DNA of 64,000 bases from a virus, in the IMG/VR virus record IMGVR_UViG_3300021963_000077, positions 1-64,000 of that record; one strand, written 5' to 3'. Every line of letters starts with the position of its first letter. Within the stretch, counting starts at the first letter, position 1. Position numbers and translations under genes: made by a program. A model generated the notes under the pieces. The model saw only the letters and a list, made by a program, of their open reading frames with translations. It searched no databases and had not been told where the DNA came from. Positions 25,490 to 35,906 of this stretch are shown here, piece by piece.

Positions 25490-26086
25490 TCAAATGGCAT
25501 CTACGATTAGGTGTACTCGGTCTTTATCGCCATTGTTTTCTACACTGTGATATCTATTAGTATTGTCTATAATCCAAATCTGACCTGCTTCTAGATTCAG
25601 GGATTCTTCTCCTACGCTGAATATACAAAACGGGTTTGTTATCACCGGTATATGTATGCGGTGCGTTTTGGCCGTCAACTGGCCCTTGTCCCTGTGTCTC
25701 GGTATAACGGTATGGGCTTTAAGTCGAGTGAGCATTGCTTGTTGTACTTTTACTTCACCAATGTGTTGCCTTGCAAAAAGGACAACCTCGTTTGTGTATG
25801 CACTAAACCGCTCATAGTTTTCGTGCAAAATGCCTGAGTTAAGCCGATGCTTTAAGTCGTACATCAAGGGAATTGTGTCGGAGTTATATGATGCTGCTCC
25901 TCCCGTCTTTTTGCGGTCTTTATATTTAGACCAGTCTTCTTGCGTTAGGGAAAGGACTTCTTTAAGTAGATCATCAAACGATGGCATATATCCCAAGAAT
26001 AAAAATGCTTCATTTTTTTCATACTCAACCCTACCCAGAGTGTTTGTGCAACTTTTTATTCCCTTTTTCGGGCTCGTTTGCTTCAC
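25490..26086 (-). CDS. aspartyl/asparaginyl beta-hydroxylase-like 2OG-Fe(II) oxygenase
   Basis: IPRHRD (HxD), HRIHIPVITN, HSVEN.G..DRVHLIVD. Confidence 0.85.
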   Translation of the reverse strand: MKQTSPKKGIKSCTNTLGRVEYEKNEAFLFLGYMPSFDDLLKEVLSLTQEDWSKYKDRKKTGGAASYNSDTIPLMYDLKHRLNSGILHENYERFSAYTNEVVLFARQHIGEVKVQQAMLTRLKAHTVIPRHRDKGQLTAKTHRIHIPVITNPFCIFSVGEESLNLEAGQIWIIDNTNRYHSVENNGDKDRVHLIVDAI

Positions 26087-26099
26087 TAGTTAATCTTTT

Positions 26100-26552
26100 T
26101 TAGCTGCGCTTTTTATTCTGTTTATTGCTCGTTATAGGTCCACCGGCTACCCACGCCCTGCATGTTCTTTGAGCGGCACACTTGAAGTCAAATGCTTCGC
26201 AATAACCCAATTCCCCTGCGGAATCAATCGCACCCCATTCATCCGCACGTTCACCACGAGTTACGCCAGTCTTGATGCACGACTTCATTTCAGGAGTAAC
26301 AATAAACATGACGCAGTTGCCACATCTTTGCTTCTTTGCGGACGCAATATCTACGTCCCATTCTTTTGCAATGTCTTGCCAGTAATCACTGTTTGATTCT
26401 GCTGGATTGAGCGGACCATACATCGCTGTTTTTATTGCGTTCCCTCTATTTTTGAGGTTTACTGCAATATCCTTAGTTGCTTTTGGACAAGAATCTGCTT
26501 CTTTAATATCAAAAGATACTTGCTGATTGAGGATTAGTTCAGTGAATTTCAT
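26100..26552 (-). CDS. Cys-rich conserved phage protein
   Basis: CPKAT.D..VNLKNR..AI...YGPLNP...CGNC...GYC..FDFKC...RTC.AW. Confidence 0.7.
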   Translation of the reverse strand: MKFTELILNQQVSFDIKEADSCPKATKDIAVNLKNRGNAIKTAMYGPLNPAESNSDYWQDIAKEWDVDIASAKKQRCGNCVMFIVTPEMKSCIKTGVTRGERADEWGAIDSAGELGYCEAFDFKCAAQRTCRAWVAGGPITSNKQNKKRS

Positions 26553-26575
26553 GCTTAACATTATCTCATAAATGC

Positions 26576-26612
26576 AAAAACCCCGCCCACCCCCGAAGGT
26601 GTGAGCGGGGTT
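26576..26612 (-). terminator. intrinsic terminator after major capsid gene
   Basis: AACCCCGC...GCGGGGTT-TTT. Confidence 0.8.
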
Positions 26613-26626
26613 CCGCTTAGTTGTTA

Positions 26627-27931
26627 TTAGGCTTCTGGAGCGGCGTCAAATGTGACGCTGACAAATGCCTCTGGGCGCTTGACTGCGAGAGCCAGTCTCT
26701 GTTCTGCGAGAACAACGATTGCGTTGCGGACGAAGAAGTCTGCATGCTGTTCGCTCACGCGGATAGTTGCCTGCTCGCGGTCATACAGCTGAGCACCGGT
26801 GCCGAAGGCGCCGACGAGAGCTGTACCCTCTGGCATTGCTGGTGTGTCAATGACCGGAATTCTCCACAGCTTCGGCTCGCCACCCATGGCAACCGAAACA
26901 GCGATGAGGTACTGGCCGTTGAGGTCCTTGGTCAGCTCGATGTCTTCCCAGTCGTTCGGGTTAAGAACGATACCGGTTGGCTCGTAGTAAGCGAGCAACG
27001 ACAGCGTAGCTGCACGACGGAGTGCATCTGCCTTTGTGTCTGGTACTGGAGTTGCTGCGCCATCTGACCAGTCGTAGGTCTGGATGCCAGGTGTCTGAAG
27101 AACACCCTGCAGGTTTTCACCAGTGCCGTCACCGTTGAGGATTTGATCATCCTCTTCAAGGCGCAAGCCGTACATGAGCTCGTTGTCAATGATTGAGCGG
27201 AGCTGTGGCTCGTCAGCAAGGACGTTGCGGTGAGCAGCTTCCCAGTGAGCGAGTGTACGTACAGGAGCCTGCTCACCAACGAAGGTGAACGATGACTGTG
27301 GCTTAGCAGTGAATGCTGCACCAGTGCGCTCTGCTACAGGAGCAGCGTTGTTCGTGAAGCCAGTCATGCGGAAGTACTCAATGACAGCAGCTGTCGTGGT
27401 ACGAGCCGGGAACAAGTCACGGACGCGACGTGTGCGCATCGGTGGGATGACAATCGGATCACGCTGAATGGTGCCGAATGAGCCAGGTGTGCCGGTTGGA
27501 AGCGCTGAGTAAACATCCTTCACTCCGTAGGAGGTGATGTTTGAAGCGTTCAAAACGAACGGTGCTGGCATGTTTGCGCCATTCTTGCCACCATTGAGTG
27601 ACTTGAACTCTGGTGAATCTACGAATGCCTGACCGACAGACGATTTGTGGACTGGTGCAAAAGACTGACCAGCAGCAAAAGCGGCAGCTGCTGAATCGCC
27701 AGCTGGCTGCGTGCCCCACTCGTCAACCTTCTTCATCTGCTCAAGACCCTCGATGAGGCCCTTGATTTCACGGATGTCTGACATGTTGCGGTCAAAGGCT
27801 GACTTCTGATCAGCATTGACGATAACGGTGCCATCTTCTACACGGAATGAATCGGCAATTTGCTTATTCTCCGCCATTTTTGAACGAAGCGCGCCCTGGA
27901 GCTCACTTAGTCTTGATTCGTCAAAAGACAT
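26627..27931 (-). CDS. major capsid protein, HK97 fold with N-terminal delta/scaffold domain
   Basis: RVRDLF, APVAE...KPQS, EDDQILNGDGTGENLQG, NPNDW...KDLNGQY, LWRIPV, FVRNAIVVLAEQRLALAVKRPEAF; start MSFDES after AAGGGAG. Confidence 0.95.
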   Translation of the reverse strand: MSFDESRLSELQGALRSKMAENKQIADSFRVEDGTVIVNADQKSAFDRNMSDIREIKGLIEGLEQMKKVDEWGTQPAGDSAAAAFAAGQSFAPVHKSSVGQAFVDSPEFKSLNGGKNGANMPAPFVLNASNITSYGVKDVYSALPTGTPGSFGTIQRDPIVIPPMRTRRVRDLFPARTTTAAVIEYFRMTGFTNNAAPVAERTGAAFTAKPQSSFTFVGEQAPVRTLAHWEAAHRNVLADEPQLRSIIDNELMYGLRLEEDDQILNGDGTGENLQGVLQTPGIQTYDWSDGAATPVPDTKADALRRAATLSLLAYYEPTGIVLNPNDWEDIELTKDLNGQYLIAVSVAMGGEPKLWRIPVIDTPAMPEGTALVGAFGTGAQLYDREQATIRVSEQHADFFVRNAIVVLAEQRLALAVKRPEAFVSVTFDAAPEA

Positions 27932-28064
27932 TTCTTTCTCCCTTGAGAAAAATTTATGGATTGGTATTTTGAGCGACACAGGCGGCTTAGGTAAGCACCC
28001 AGCCCTTACGTCAAATAACAATCTAACAGACTTTATATAGTCTGTAGTGAAAGGTAATAGATAT

Positions 28065-28253
28065 TTATGATGGGAATTCTATAATCTGACCAGATTTCTC
28101 TGCTTCGTCAATCAAAATCAATGCTTCTTTGAGCAATTGACGATTTTTAGGAGTATCTGGTACTTCAACTTCTTCAAGTGTGTCATCAAACATCGCAGCC
28201 ATCAATATCTGCTGGTAGGTGTTGAAATCAACTTCTGATTTTTGATCTTTCAT
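28065..28253 (-). CDS. small acidic protein, candidate immunity/antitoxin
   Basis: 62 aa, ATGA-coupled directly after the zeta domain. Confidence 0.55.
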   Translation of the reverse strand: MKDQKSEVDFNTYQQILMAAMFDDTLEEVEVPDTPKNRQLLKEALILIDEAEKSGQIIEFPS

Positions 28254-31200
28254 GGTTCCTCACCTATGCGCATTGTGGTATTTAGGTTACTAGTGCTTAG
28301 GTACTGTTTTGTGCGATCATCAAAGATTTCCACAACCCAATTACCATTAGGACTCATGGCCTTGCGTGCTAGTAGCACTGGTTCACCGTCTGAATCATTA
28401 GCCCACAGGCTGAACTCATTAAAGTTACTCATTTCCATAGCCATAATATTTCGGAGATTTGCTTGAATTATGTCTACGTACTCTTCTGGCACTGATCTTC
28501 CAGTTTCTTGCTTTCTATTTCTTATGCGCGATAGCAAAACATCTCTATCACCAACGAAATAGTGCGCTTCAATTTTGTATCCAGCACGAGTCAGTCTGTC
28601 TAAAGTTCCTGGATCGTTGTTGAATTGACCACTTGAGTCAAAGACAACATCAAGCTCTTTTCTGATGGCTTCCTGGATGGTTGCGAATGCAATGTTTTGA
28701 GATTCCGTATGTGTTGCACCAGCAGCCGATGAGTTGCCTCTTGATATATAGCCGTTGTACTCAGGTATTAATTGTTTCATTTCGTCAATGTCAACATGAG
28801 CTGCTTCACGACGAGAAGGAATTCTCCCATCAAAACCATTAAGGCGTTGAGTTGTTTTTCCAGAACCTGGGGCGCCCCCAATGATAATCGCACGCTTTCT
28901 TAGCGTTGTCGGGTCGGTGCTATCTCTTTTCTTTGTTACGTAGTCAGTTATGCCACGCATAATTTCACGCCATACATTGTCGTAGCGCGAATCAGTAACT
29001 TTTCTTCCTCCAGCGCCATACTTTCCCATAGTGTGCTGACCACTCTGGTAGTCGCGTTCACTGAAGGTACTAGGCATCCTCTTGTCAATGTCAAGCATTT
29101 CATTGAGTTTGTAAGACGGCTGTGCCTGCATGGATCCAGATGGCCGACGTCCAGATGGTGTAACTATTGAACCCTTTGGAACAGAGCCACCAATTTTGTC
29201 TAGATAAGCCAGCGCGCTAATTTCTACAGGTGTAATTGACGATGTGCGCGTTCTTGCAGTTGACGCCATTGGCTTACTTGAGTAGTTACGCGTAGACATT
29301 GCACCAGATATAAATCTGCGATACATGGGGTTATCAAGAAGTGCTTGATCTTGTGCTTTTCTAGCCTGAATAGCTTTTCTGTATTCAGTTGGCGACAGTG
29401 CCCTAACCGCACCATCTGCTCGTTCCTCTGCGCGCTTGCGCATTTCCTCAAGCTTTGTCTTTTCATCTCTTAGTCTGTCAACTTTGGTATCTAGGCCATG
29501 GAATAAACCTCTTGTGCCACTACCAACTTCAGCATACTCATCAAGTTGCTGAATTAACTTCATAAACGTCGGGTTAGTATCTACTGCCCACTGATACATC
29601 CTAAAAGCAAAATCTTCCGACGACTCCCCATCTCCGCGGACTGGTTTTGTCTCGTAGAGCCAAGATCCAAGAACCATTGCCCGTGTGTATGCACGACGCG
29701 AAGCTTGATATTCAGCCGATGCTTGATTGCGCGCATTTTTTACTCTGTCAAGCTTCCTATTTAGGCGACGGATCTTTTCATCAATTGCCTTTATTGAGCG
29801 AGGAACAGTTGCTCCTAAAGCATCAATCTCGGCATCAATCTCAGCATTTGCCTTGTTCACCTCATATGCATCACGGCGCTTGATCCATGAACGCTCAGCT
29901 GCATTTATTGCACGTTCAACGTCATCCTTGTCCATTCCGGACTCTTGTCCAGCTTTAAGCAAGGCGCTGCGAAGGATGCTACGTGGTGTTGAATACTCAT
30001 CAGCTAGCTCTTGCAACCAAACATCTTCAGATGTGAATTGATTCCACAGATCTGCTCGCTTCTGTTGCGATGCCTTTGACCTTCCACTCCACGCATTTCT
30101 AAGTTGCTTGCGTTTTTCTTGGCTTGTAGAAATCTCGTCCGAGATGTCATCCCATGTTCGGTCATCATCGTCAAGGTCGCTATCAATGGCCGCCAACATT
30201 TTGTCCCAGTCAATTGACTCTGGATCCTTTAATTCTGGTGGCTCCGGTGCATATCTGTTTGGCTGATCCTCTATCCACTCACGCTCAACCCATGTTGGAT
30301 TTGCAAATGGTGAGTCTTTCCAAATATCGTATGAATTAATTGCGTCATCAAAGAATGATTCATCGTCTTTAGCGGCTTGCTCGACTGATTCAATTAGCTC
30401 TTCATAAGCACGCTCGTACTCATCCTCAACCAGACGCTCCAAGGCATCGTCCCATGGATCTTGATCGGAGCTTGGTGGAGGCGTTACCGACATTGCTCCA
30501 GCTATGCGACGCTTAGACATTGACCCACTGACATTTTTGTTTTTTCGTGGTTCGCGTAGGTCTTCATCTTCATACCGAGCTGCAACCGCATCACCAAACG
30601 ATTGAGCAACAAGGGAGCGCAATGAATTCTTATCGTCTTCACTGAGGTCATATATTGCTGCTAGCTTTGAAAAGCTATCAAAGTCTTCAGGAAGATTAAG
30701 TTGACCGCTCTCTGGATCAAGGTATCCAGAACGTAACTCGTTTATTATTGAATAAAGCTTTGATTGTTGTGCTTTTTGTTGCTCTGGACTTAACGCATCT
30801 TCACCATCAGGATTATCAATCCTTCTAAGACTTGCTCGCATTTCGTCAGGCGTAGCGCTCAATATTTCTTTGGGTGACCTAAAACCAAATACTGCCTCCA
30901 ACCTAGAAGCAGGAAGACTTTCAAGTTTTTCAGACGATACAAAACCAATGGCTTCAAATTGGCTCTCTATGTTTTTGAGTTTTCTATTGTCGCCTGGTTT
31001 ACCGCTAAAAATTGATGGCTCATCAATATATGGAGAATGCATCCATACTTCACCCTTTTGCGAATGGGTGATTGTAAAGCCTTGATCAATTGCTTCATTA
31101 ACCCATTTCTTAAGCTTTGGATCTTGAATACGTTTCATTGCTTGGGCGGTTGTTTCTGGCTGTGGAGTCGTTCGTGTTCCACGACGCAGCTGTGCAATAT

Positions 31201-31855
31201 CTTCAACCCTCAGAGCACCAGATATACGGCGAGGCCGTACCGCTGATGGTATTACTCTTGGCGTTGATGGGCGCTCAAATGCAGTTCCCTCTTGCACTAG
31301 ACCATCTGAATCACCATCAACAGCATTTGGATCATATGGTTCAGTATTTCTAGATATACGGCGAAGCTTTCTTCCCAGTGCTTTAGTATCCTGCGTTTGA
31401 CCAGACTTTGAAGATTTGCTCTTCCATGGGTGACCTTCAGGCAGCAGGTCCGAATCTCCAACATAACGAAGATTTGTTGGTTTACCCTTATCAAGCATTT
31501 TGAGGAATGCGTTTACGCGTCCGTATGCCCACTGGTTGCGAGACATGCCTGGTCTGTGTGAGCTTGAATAAGCACCAGCGCCGCGCCTAAATACCGCCTT
31601 TAGCGTACCAACGCTTGCCATGGCGTGACTTGGCCGGCCAAGTTCAGACATCTTCTTGTTGTGGATACGTACTTTTACCTGAAGTGCTCTAACTATGTCT
31701 TGTGACAGATCTATATCTTTTGCGCTTGACGCAGAAGACGCTGAACCTCTCTGGTTTTTAGAGGATCCAACGATTCGTTCGGATGGTTTTGATGGGGTTG
31801 CAGCTAGGCGGTCTTTTCTAGCCTTGCGCATTTTTTTGTTATTTTCACTCATCAT
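28250..31855 (-). CDS. 1201-aa polyvalent protein: head-associated N-domain + DGDxDG tag + HicA-like + C-terminal zeta-toxin-like P-loop kinase
   Basis: LKAVFRRGAGAY...WAYGRVNAFL; YDPNAVDGDSDGLVQEGTAFERP; GGAPGSGKTT, HVDIDEMK, THTES, VVFDSSG. Confidence 0.8.
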   Translation of the reverse strand: MMSENNKKMRKARKDRLAATPSKPSERIVGSSKNQRGSASSASSAKDIDLSQDIVRALQVKVRIHNKKMSELGRPSHAMASVGTLKAVFRRGAGAYSSSHRPGMSRNQWAYGRVNAFLKMLDKGKPTNLRYVGDSDLLPEGHPWKSKSSKSGQTQDTKALGRKLRRISRNTEPYDPNAVDGDSDGLVQEGTAFERPSTPRVIPSAVRPRRISGALRVEDIAQLRRGTRTTPQPETTAQAMKRIQDPKLKKWVNEAIDQGFTITHSQKGEVWMHSPYIDEPSIFSGKPGDNRKLKNIESQFEAIGFVSSEKLESLPASRLEAVFGFRSPKEILSATPDEMRASLRRIDNPDGEDALSPEQQKAQQSKLYSIINELRSGYLDPESGQLNLPEDFDSFSKLAAIYDLSEDDKNSLRSLVAQSFGDAVAARYEDEDLREPRKNKNVSGSMSKRRIAGAMSVTPPPSSDQDPWDDALERLVEDEYERAYEELIESVEQAAKDDESFFDDAINSYDIWKDSPFANPTWVEREWIEDQPNRYAPEPPELKDPESIDWDKMLAAIDSDLDDDDRTWDDISDEISTSQEKRKQLRNAWSGRSKASQQKRADLWNQFTSEDVWLQELADEYSTPRSILRSALLKAGQESGMDKDDVERAINAAERSWIKRRDAYEVNKANAEIDAEIDALGATVPRSIKAIDEKIRRLNRKLDRVKNARNQASAEYQASRRAYTRAMVLGSWLYETKPVRGDGESSEDFAFRMYQWAVDTNPTFMKLIQQLDEYAEVGSGTRGLFHGLDTKVDRLRDEKTKLEEMRKRAEERADGAVRALSPTEYRKAIQARKAQDQALLDNPMYRRFISGAMSTRNYSSKPMASTARTRTSSITPVEISALAYLDKIGGSVPKGSIVTPSGRRPSGSMQAQPSYKLNEMLDIDKRMPSTFSERDYQSGQHTMGKYGAGGRKVTDSRYDNVWREIMRGITDYVTKKRDSTDPTTLRKRAIIIGGAPGSGKTTQRLNGFDGRIPSRREAAHVDIDEMKQLIPEYNGYISRGNSSAAGATHTESQNIAFATIQEAIRKELDVVFDSSGQFNNDPGTLDRLTRAGYKIEAHYFVGDRDVLLSRIRNRKQETGRSVPEEYVDIIQANLRNIMAMEMSNFNEFSLWANDSDGEPVLLARKAMSPNGNWVVEIFDDRTKQYLSTSNLNTTMRIGEEP

Positions 31856-32870
31856 TCAGAACCATTCCAATACTGGTAGAAACAAAGCGCCTACCATCGA
31901 GCATCCTTGACTGAACCTCAATAAATTGAATTACAGAATTGTTTCTTTGAGACTTTTCTAATATAGCAATACCAGCAGACTTACCACGCATCATTCTTGT
32001 GACTCGCCTAGCAATTCTCTCTTCCGTAGCTCTTTCTCTTCGGTTGCGATCCCTCTGTGCTTGAGGTCCAATTCCTCGCCTACGACGATAATCGGATTCA
32101 TTTGTGCACGGCATCCAAGCAACGCCACCACTAGTAGTTGAATATCTACGAATACCAATGCACCCGAGCTCGCGCGACCTCTTCAAGGCCGATGTCTGAT
32201 TATCAAACACATCAGGATCCCCAGGACGGATTATCATAGGAACACCAAGAGAGTCCTTAACGTTGACAACCGTGCGAGTCGGCCATGCTGATTTCTGCGA
32301 ACCCCTAGAGCGCCTATTTGGAAGATTGTCCCTCATTGCATCAAGATGTCGGATGCCTTCAACATCTTGTTCCTTTAGCACTCTGAGTACCGTTCTTAAC
32401 CTCTTTATGCCTTCTTCGGTGAAGTTCATTGAGAGAGTTTCATCATCCTTTTTTACTGCGCCAGCTTGCTTGATTGCCGCAATTGCGCGCATCAGTGAGC
32501 GCCGGCGTTCTCGAGACTGGGTTTTGGAGTCTCCATACTCAAATTTCGGATCATTTAGAGCATCTTGCAGATACACCATCATGTCCGTGGAAAACTCATT
32601 CCATTCTCGCATTGATATTCCAGATACATTAAATGTCTCTGGTTTGGCCGGCGAACGCGAATATAAGTCCTCATCAGGCTCACTATCTAGGTCCAAGTCT
32701 CCTAGAGCATCACTTAGTTGAGGCTTTGGCGGGTTAAATCTACCCCAAGACATTGCTCCAGAAACTCTTGGTTTAGCAGGTCTTTGAAAAGGGGTTGCAT
32801 CCTGAACTAGTCCGTCATTGTCACCATCAATGGCGTTTGGATCATATCTTTCAAAAATGCGACGTTTCAT
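31845..32870 (-). CDS. DGDxDG-tag protein with LGC...WMPC domain
   Basis: RYDPNAIDGDNDGLVQDATPFQRP...PRVSGAMS; ELGCIGIRRY...WMPC. Confidence 0.75.
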   Translation of the reverse strand: MKRRIFERYDPNAIDGDNDGLVQDATPFQRPAKPRVSGAMSWGRFNPPKPQLSDALGDLDLDSEPDEDLYSRSPAKPETFNVSGISMREWNEFSTDMMVYLQDALNDPKFEYGDSKTQSRERRRSLMRAIAAIKQAGAVKKDDETLSMNFTEEGIKRLRTVLRVLKEQDVEGIRHLDAMRDNLPNRRSRGSQKSAWPTRTVVNVKDSLGVPMIIRPGDPDVFDNQTSALKRSRELGCIGIRRYSTTSGGVAWMPCTNESDYRRRRGIGPQAQRDRNRRERATEERIARRVTRMMRGKSAGIAILEKSQRNNSVIQFIEVQSRMLDGRRFVSTSIGMVLNDE

Positions 32871-33154
32871 TGTTTTTTAGCACCGTTTTGTTTGCCCTTA
32901 TTGTTGTCTGGTCTTTTGAGTACACCAGCTGCAATAAGAGTGTCAATATAAAGCTTCCCGACTCCAGCAGGCAATGTTGAAGCAATTTGCTGCACATTCA
33001 TTATACGCATTTGCTCTGATTGCGTGTGGTTTGAGTGGCGCGAGCCAGATTCTGGCCAGTTATTTATTTCATCACATTCTGCAATATTTTGGAAAAATAA
33101 TTCACGTTTTTGTGGGTCAAACGAGTTAACTATTTTCATAATTTCTGAGTTCAT
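32867..33154 (-). CDS. small hypothetical protein (candidate partner of upstream effector)
   Basis: ATGA-coupled on both sides. Confidence 0.6.
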   Translation of the reverse strand: MNSEIMKIVNSFDPQKRELFFQNIAECDEINNWPESGSRHSNHTQSEQMRIMNVQQIASTLPAGVGKLYIDTLIAAGVLKRPDNNKGKQNGAKKQ

Positions 33155-35904
33155 TTGTACCACCTAAACATTTCTGGAGTTGTTTTTATATATTGAAGTA
33201 ATTCCGAGTACTCGAACATCATTGATAGATTTGCGTCAGTTAGGCCATTCATTCCGGACTGAGCTCCATAGATGAAGTTAATGTGATGGCGGGCTGCCTC
33301 AAACCCAAGAAGCTCAGCGGCAGCTACTCCGTTTCGCCACTCACCATCTCGGTCAAAACTTAAACCAAAAATGAAATGATTGAGGTCGTGTATATGCTCA
33401 AATGGAGCTGCACCACCAGACGAAAGCAACTTAAACTCTGGATCGCGCATCCAGTCAAGAGCGATATCTAGATATGTACCACTGTCGGATATGCCGTATC
33501 GTTCCGATGTTTCTGGCAATCCAAGCTTTTCACGAATAGCCTTAATAATTGGGTTGTAATACTGAGCCAACTCATTCAGTTTATCTGAGTATGCAATTAT
33601 TGAATCAGTTTGTTCTTTTGCGAATCGCCCTGCCTCGGTATCCGCAAACTCAATGTCTAAATTATTGAGCAATCCACGAGGCGTTGTGTCGTAGGGCGGA
33701 TTTTCCTTTACGTACCGATCATGCTCTTCCTTGTCATAGACAGGCGTTATTGGGGTTAGATATTTCATAAGAAAGGTCAAACCTATTCCTAGCCGGTCTG
33801 ACTTTGGTGCATTGTTTATTGTGTAGACATCTTCGCCATCTTTTGTTCTTGCTTTTAGAGTCTTACCATCCTTACTTCTTTCGGGTCTCCAAAATTCAGC
33901 AAGTTCTGTATCTTTTATTACTTGGTTGAGTATGGCTTCGCTAATTTCACGAGCCTCGTCATCATCGGGCTGGAAAACTTCAGTCTTTATCCTGTCACGG
34001 TTTGGGCCAAATTTATCGGCTAGGCCAGGTATTTCTGGAAGGCTCATAATTACGGACCCAGAAGGGCCTTCAGCTAGCTCAACCTCTGAAATGCGTTGCT
34101 CAGGTTTTTCAAATACTGGAAAAGCTTTTTCAAAAGCATCTTTTTGCTCTTCGTTCAGTTTTGAGAATGCAGACATTGATGCGGTTACCGCTAGTGGTCG
34201 TTCAAATGCTGTTGAGTCTTGAACTAATCCATCACCATCGCCATCTTCAGCATCTTGATCAAAGCGATCCGTTAGTGATTTTTTCTGAAGAGGAAGTTTT
34301 CTATCATCTGGACATGGTCCGGGATTGTCCCAATAATCCAAATGACCGACATAATGCTTTGTATGAGCCCTGTAGCTTTCAATCATGAACCTTACAGAAT
34401 TGAACTCTTTACAAAGACCAAGAACCTGGAGAGATCTTGCCATTTTCCATATACGCGTTCCATAAACCGAGCTTGGTGACTGACCGTTTGCAAAGTCTGG
34501 ATTATCAATCCATTCTTCCTTGTCTAGATCCCACGCCAAGGCAGATGTATAAAGTCTGGCAGCTTCAGCTACAGAGTCAGTAAACTCTTTGTTTTTGCGG
34601 AGTTTTTTAATGTTGGTTTTGGCTAGGTTGTAGCGTTCTCCATACGCTATTGATCCGCGGTCAATGGGAAATGTCCACCAGTCATAATGCTCTGAGTGAA
34701 ATTTTTTCCAGTTTGAATTATTAGCATATTCTTTGAATTTAGCAACTTGTGCTTTTTGATCTTTTATTACTGATTCATCTCCACCATATGGAGCATCATT
34801 CCAATAGCGTTTTTTCTTCTTTTTTGCTCTGAACTTAGAGAGCCAGTTTGACCCAGTTTTTTTCCGTTTTGCTGGTGAGGAAGGGCCTTGTGCGCCAAAA
34901 TCAAGCGTCATCTGCACGGGTTTTGATGGACGAGAGTTTGGAGCATCGGCGGAGCCAAGGGAGTCAATAAATGACTCATCTAGCGCTGTCTCCTCGAGCG
35001 CATCGTAGTCTTCCTGTAGTTCTTTTAACTCTTCTATGGATAGACCCGCAAAATGCGGATACATCCTATTGAGCGTATCTTCACTAATAGATGGGTCAAA
35101 ACGGTCTGAGACATAGTCTTCAAAGTCAATCAAGTCATCTGTAGAAAAAGCATCAATCAGCCTGAATGGCTGAGCAAAATCATCAAGCTCATCTGTTCCA
35201 AAAGAATCATCCGGTAGCAAGTTTCGGTCAAGAATGTAACCGCGCACAAGATCTGCATGCTGTGAGTCTGGAAGACTTGCTAGATTTGGATAGTAATCAG
35301 CTAGAGATTCTCTATTTTCCCCAGATAATATTGCCTCAACATACTCAGGCACTACATCAAAATCGTCTGAATTTAATTTTGATAGTATCTTTTTATATGC
35401 TTTTAAGGCTGACTCATCCTCGTCATTTATTCTTGCCATTGCCCCGACGATGCGCCTATTTGATGAAGGTCTTTTACCCATACGAGGTTTATCTGGTCTT
35501 TGCCAAGATGTTCCATCTTGAACAAAGCCATCTTCATCACCGTCAATAGCATTTGGGTCAAACCGCTGATTCAGGTTCCGTATGCGTGGAAGAGCCTTTC
35601 CAGAAACCTCAGCACTGACTAGTCCTCCACCTGGGAGGGTATCAATACCTAAAGGGCCACGCTCCGAAAGATTCTCCCAGTTGGAACCACGTTTTTTGCG
35701 TTTGGTTTTGCGATATACCTGATCAGGTATATCGTCGGTAGCCTTGTATTCGCGCTTTGGGTTTGACGTTTCAGCTTCGTTTGAGATTCGCTGAAGAGTT
35801 TCGTGCGAATCGCACGGCATCCAGTTGCCGTCACCGTCTTGGTGAGCACCAGAGCAGCCTAGATACCCTGCAACCTTAAGAGCTTCCTCTTTACTGCTTG
35901 CCAT
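33151..35904 (-). CDS. 917-aa polyvalent protein: LGC/WMPC domain, two DGDxDG tags, OGFr-like domain, zincin-like C-terminus
   Basis: LGCSGAH...WMPC; HYDWWTFP...RIWKMARSLQVLG; HIHDLNH...SFDRDGE. Confidence 0.75.
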   Translation of the reverse strand: MASSKEEALKVAGYLGCSGAHQDGDGNWMPCDSHETLQRISNEAETSNPKREYKATDDIPDQVYRKTKRKKRGSNWENLSERGPLGIDTLPGGGLVSAEVSGKALPRIRNLNQRFDPNAIDGDEDGFVQDGTSWQRPDKPRMGKRPSSNRRIVGAMARINDEDESALKAYKKILSKLNSDDFDVVPEYVEAILSGENRESLADYYPNLASLPDSQHADLVRGYILDRNLLPDDSFGTDELDDFAQPFRLIDAFSTDDLIDFEDYVSDRFDPSISEDTLNRMYPHFAGLSIEELKELQEDYDALEETALDESFIDSLGSADAPNSRPSKPVQMTLDFGAQGPSSPAKRKKTGSNWLSKFRAKKKKKRYWNDAPYGGDESVIKDQKAQVAKFKEYANNSNWKKFHSEHYDWWTFPIDRGSIAYGERYNLAKTNIKKLRKNKEFTDSVAEAARLYTSALAWDLDKEEWIDNPDFANGQSPSSVYGTRIWKMARSLQVLGLCKEFNSVRFMIESYRAHTKHYVGHLDYWDNPGPCPDDRKLPLQKKSLTDRFDQDAEDGDGDGLVQDSTAFERPLAVTASMSAFSKLNEEQKDAFEKAFPVFEKPEQRISEVELAEGPSGSVIMSLPEIPGLADKFGPNRDRIKTEVFQPDDDEAREISEAILNQVIKDTELAEFWRPERSKDGKTLKARTKDGEDVYTINNAPKSDRLGIGLTFLMKYLTPITPVYDKEEHDRYVKENPPYDTTPRGLLNNLDIEFADTEAGRFAKEQTDSIIAYSDKLNELAQYYNPIIKAIREKLGLPETSERYGISDSGTYLDIALDWMRDPEFKLLSSGGAAPFEHIHDLNHFIFGLSFDRDGEWRNGVAAAELLGFEAARHHINFIYGAQSGMNGLTDANLSMMFEYSELLQYIKTTPEMFRWYK

Positions 35905-35906
35905 GG

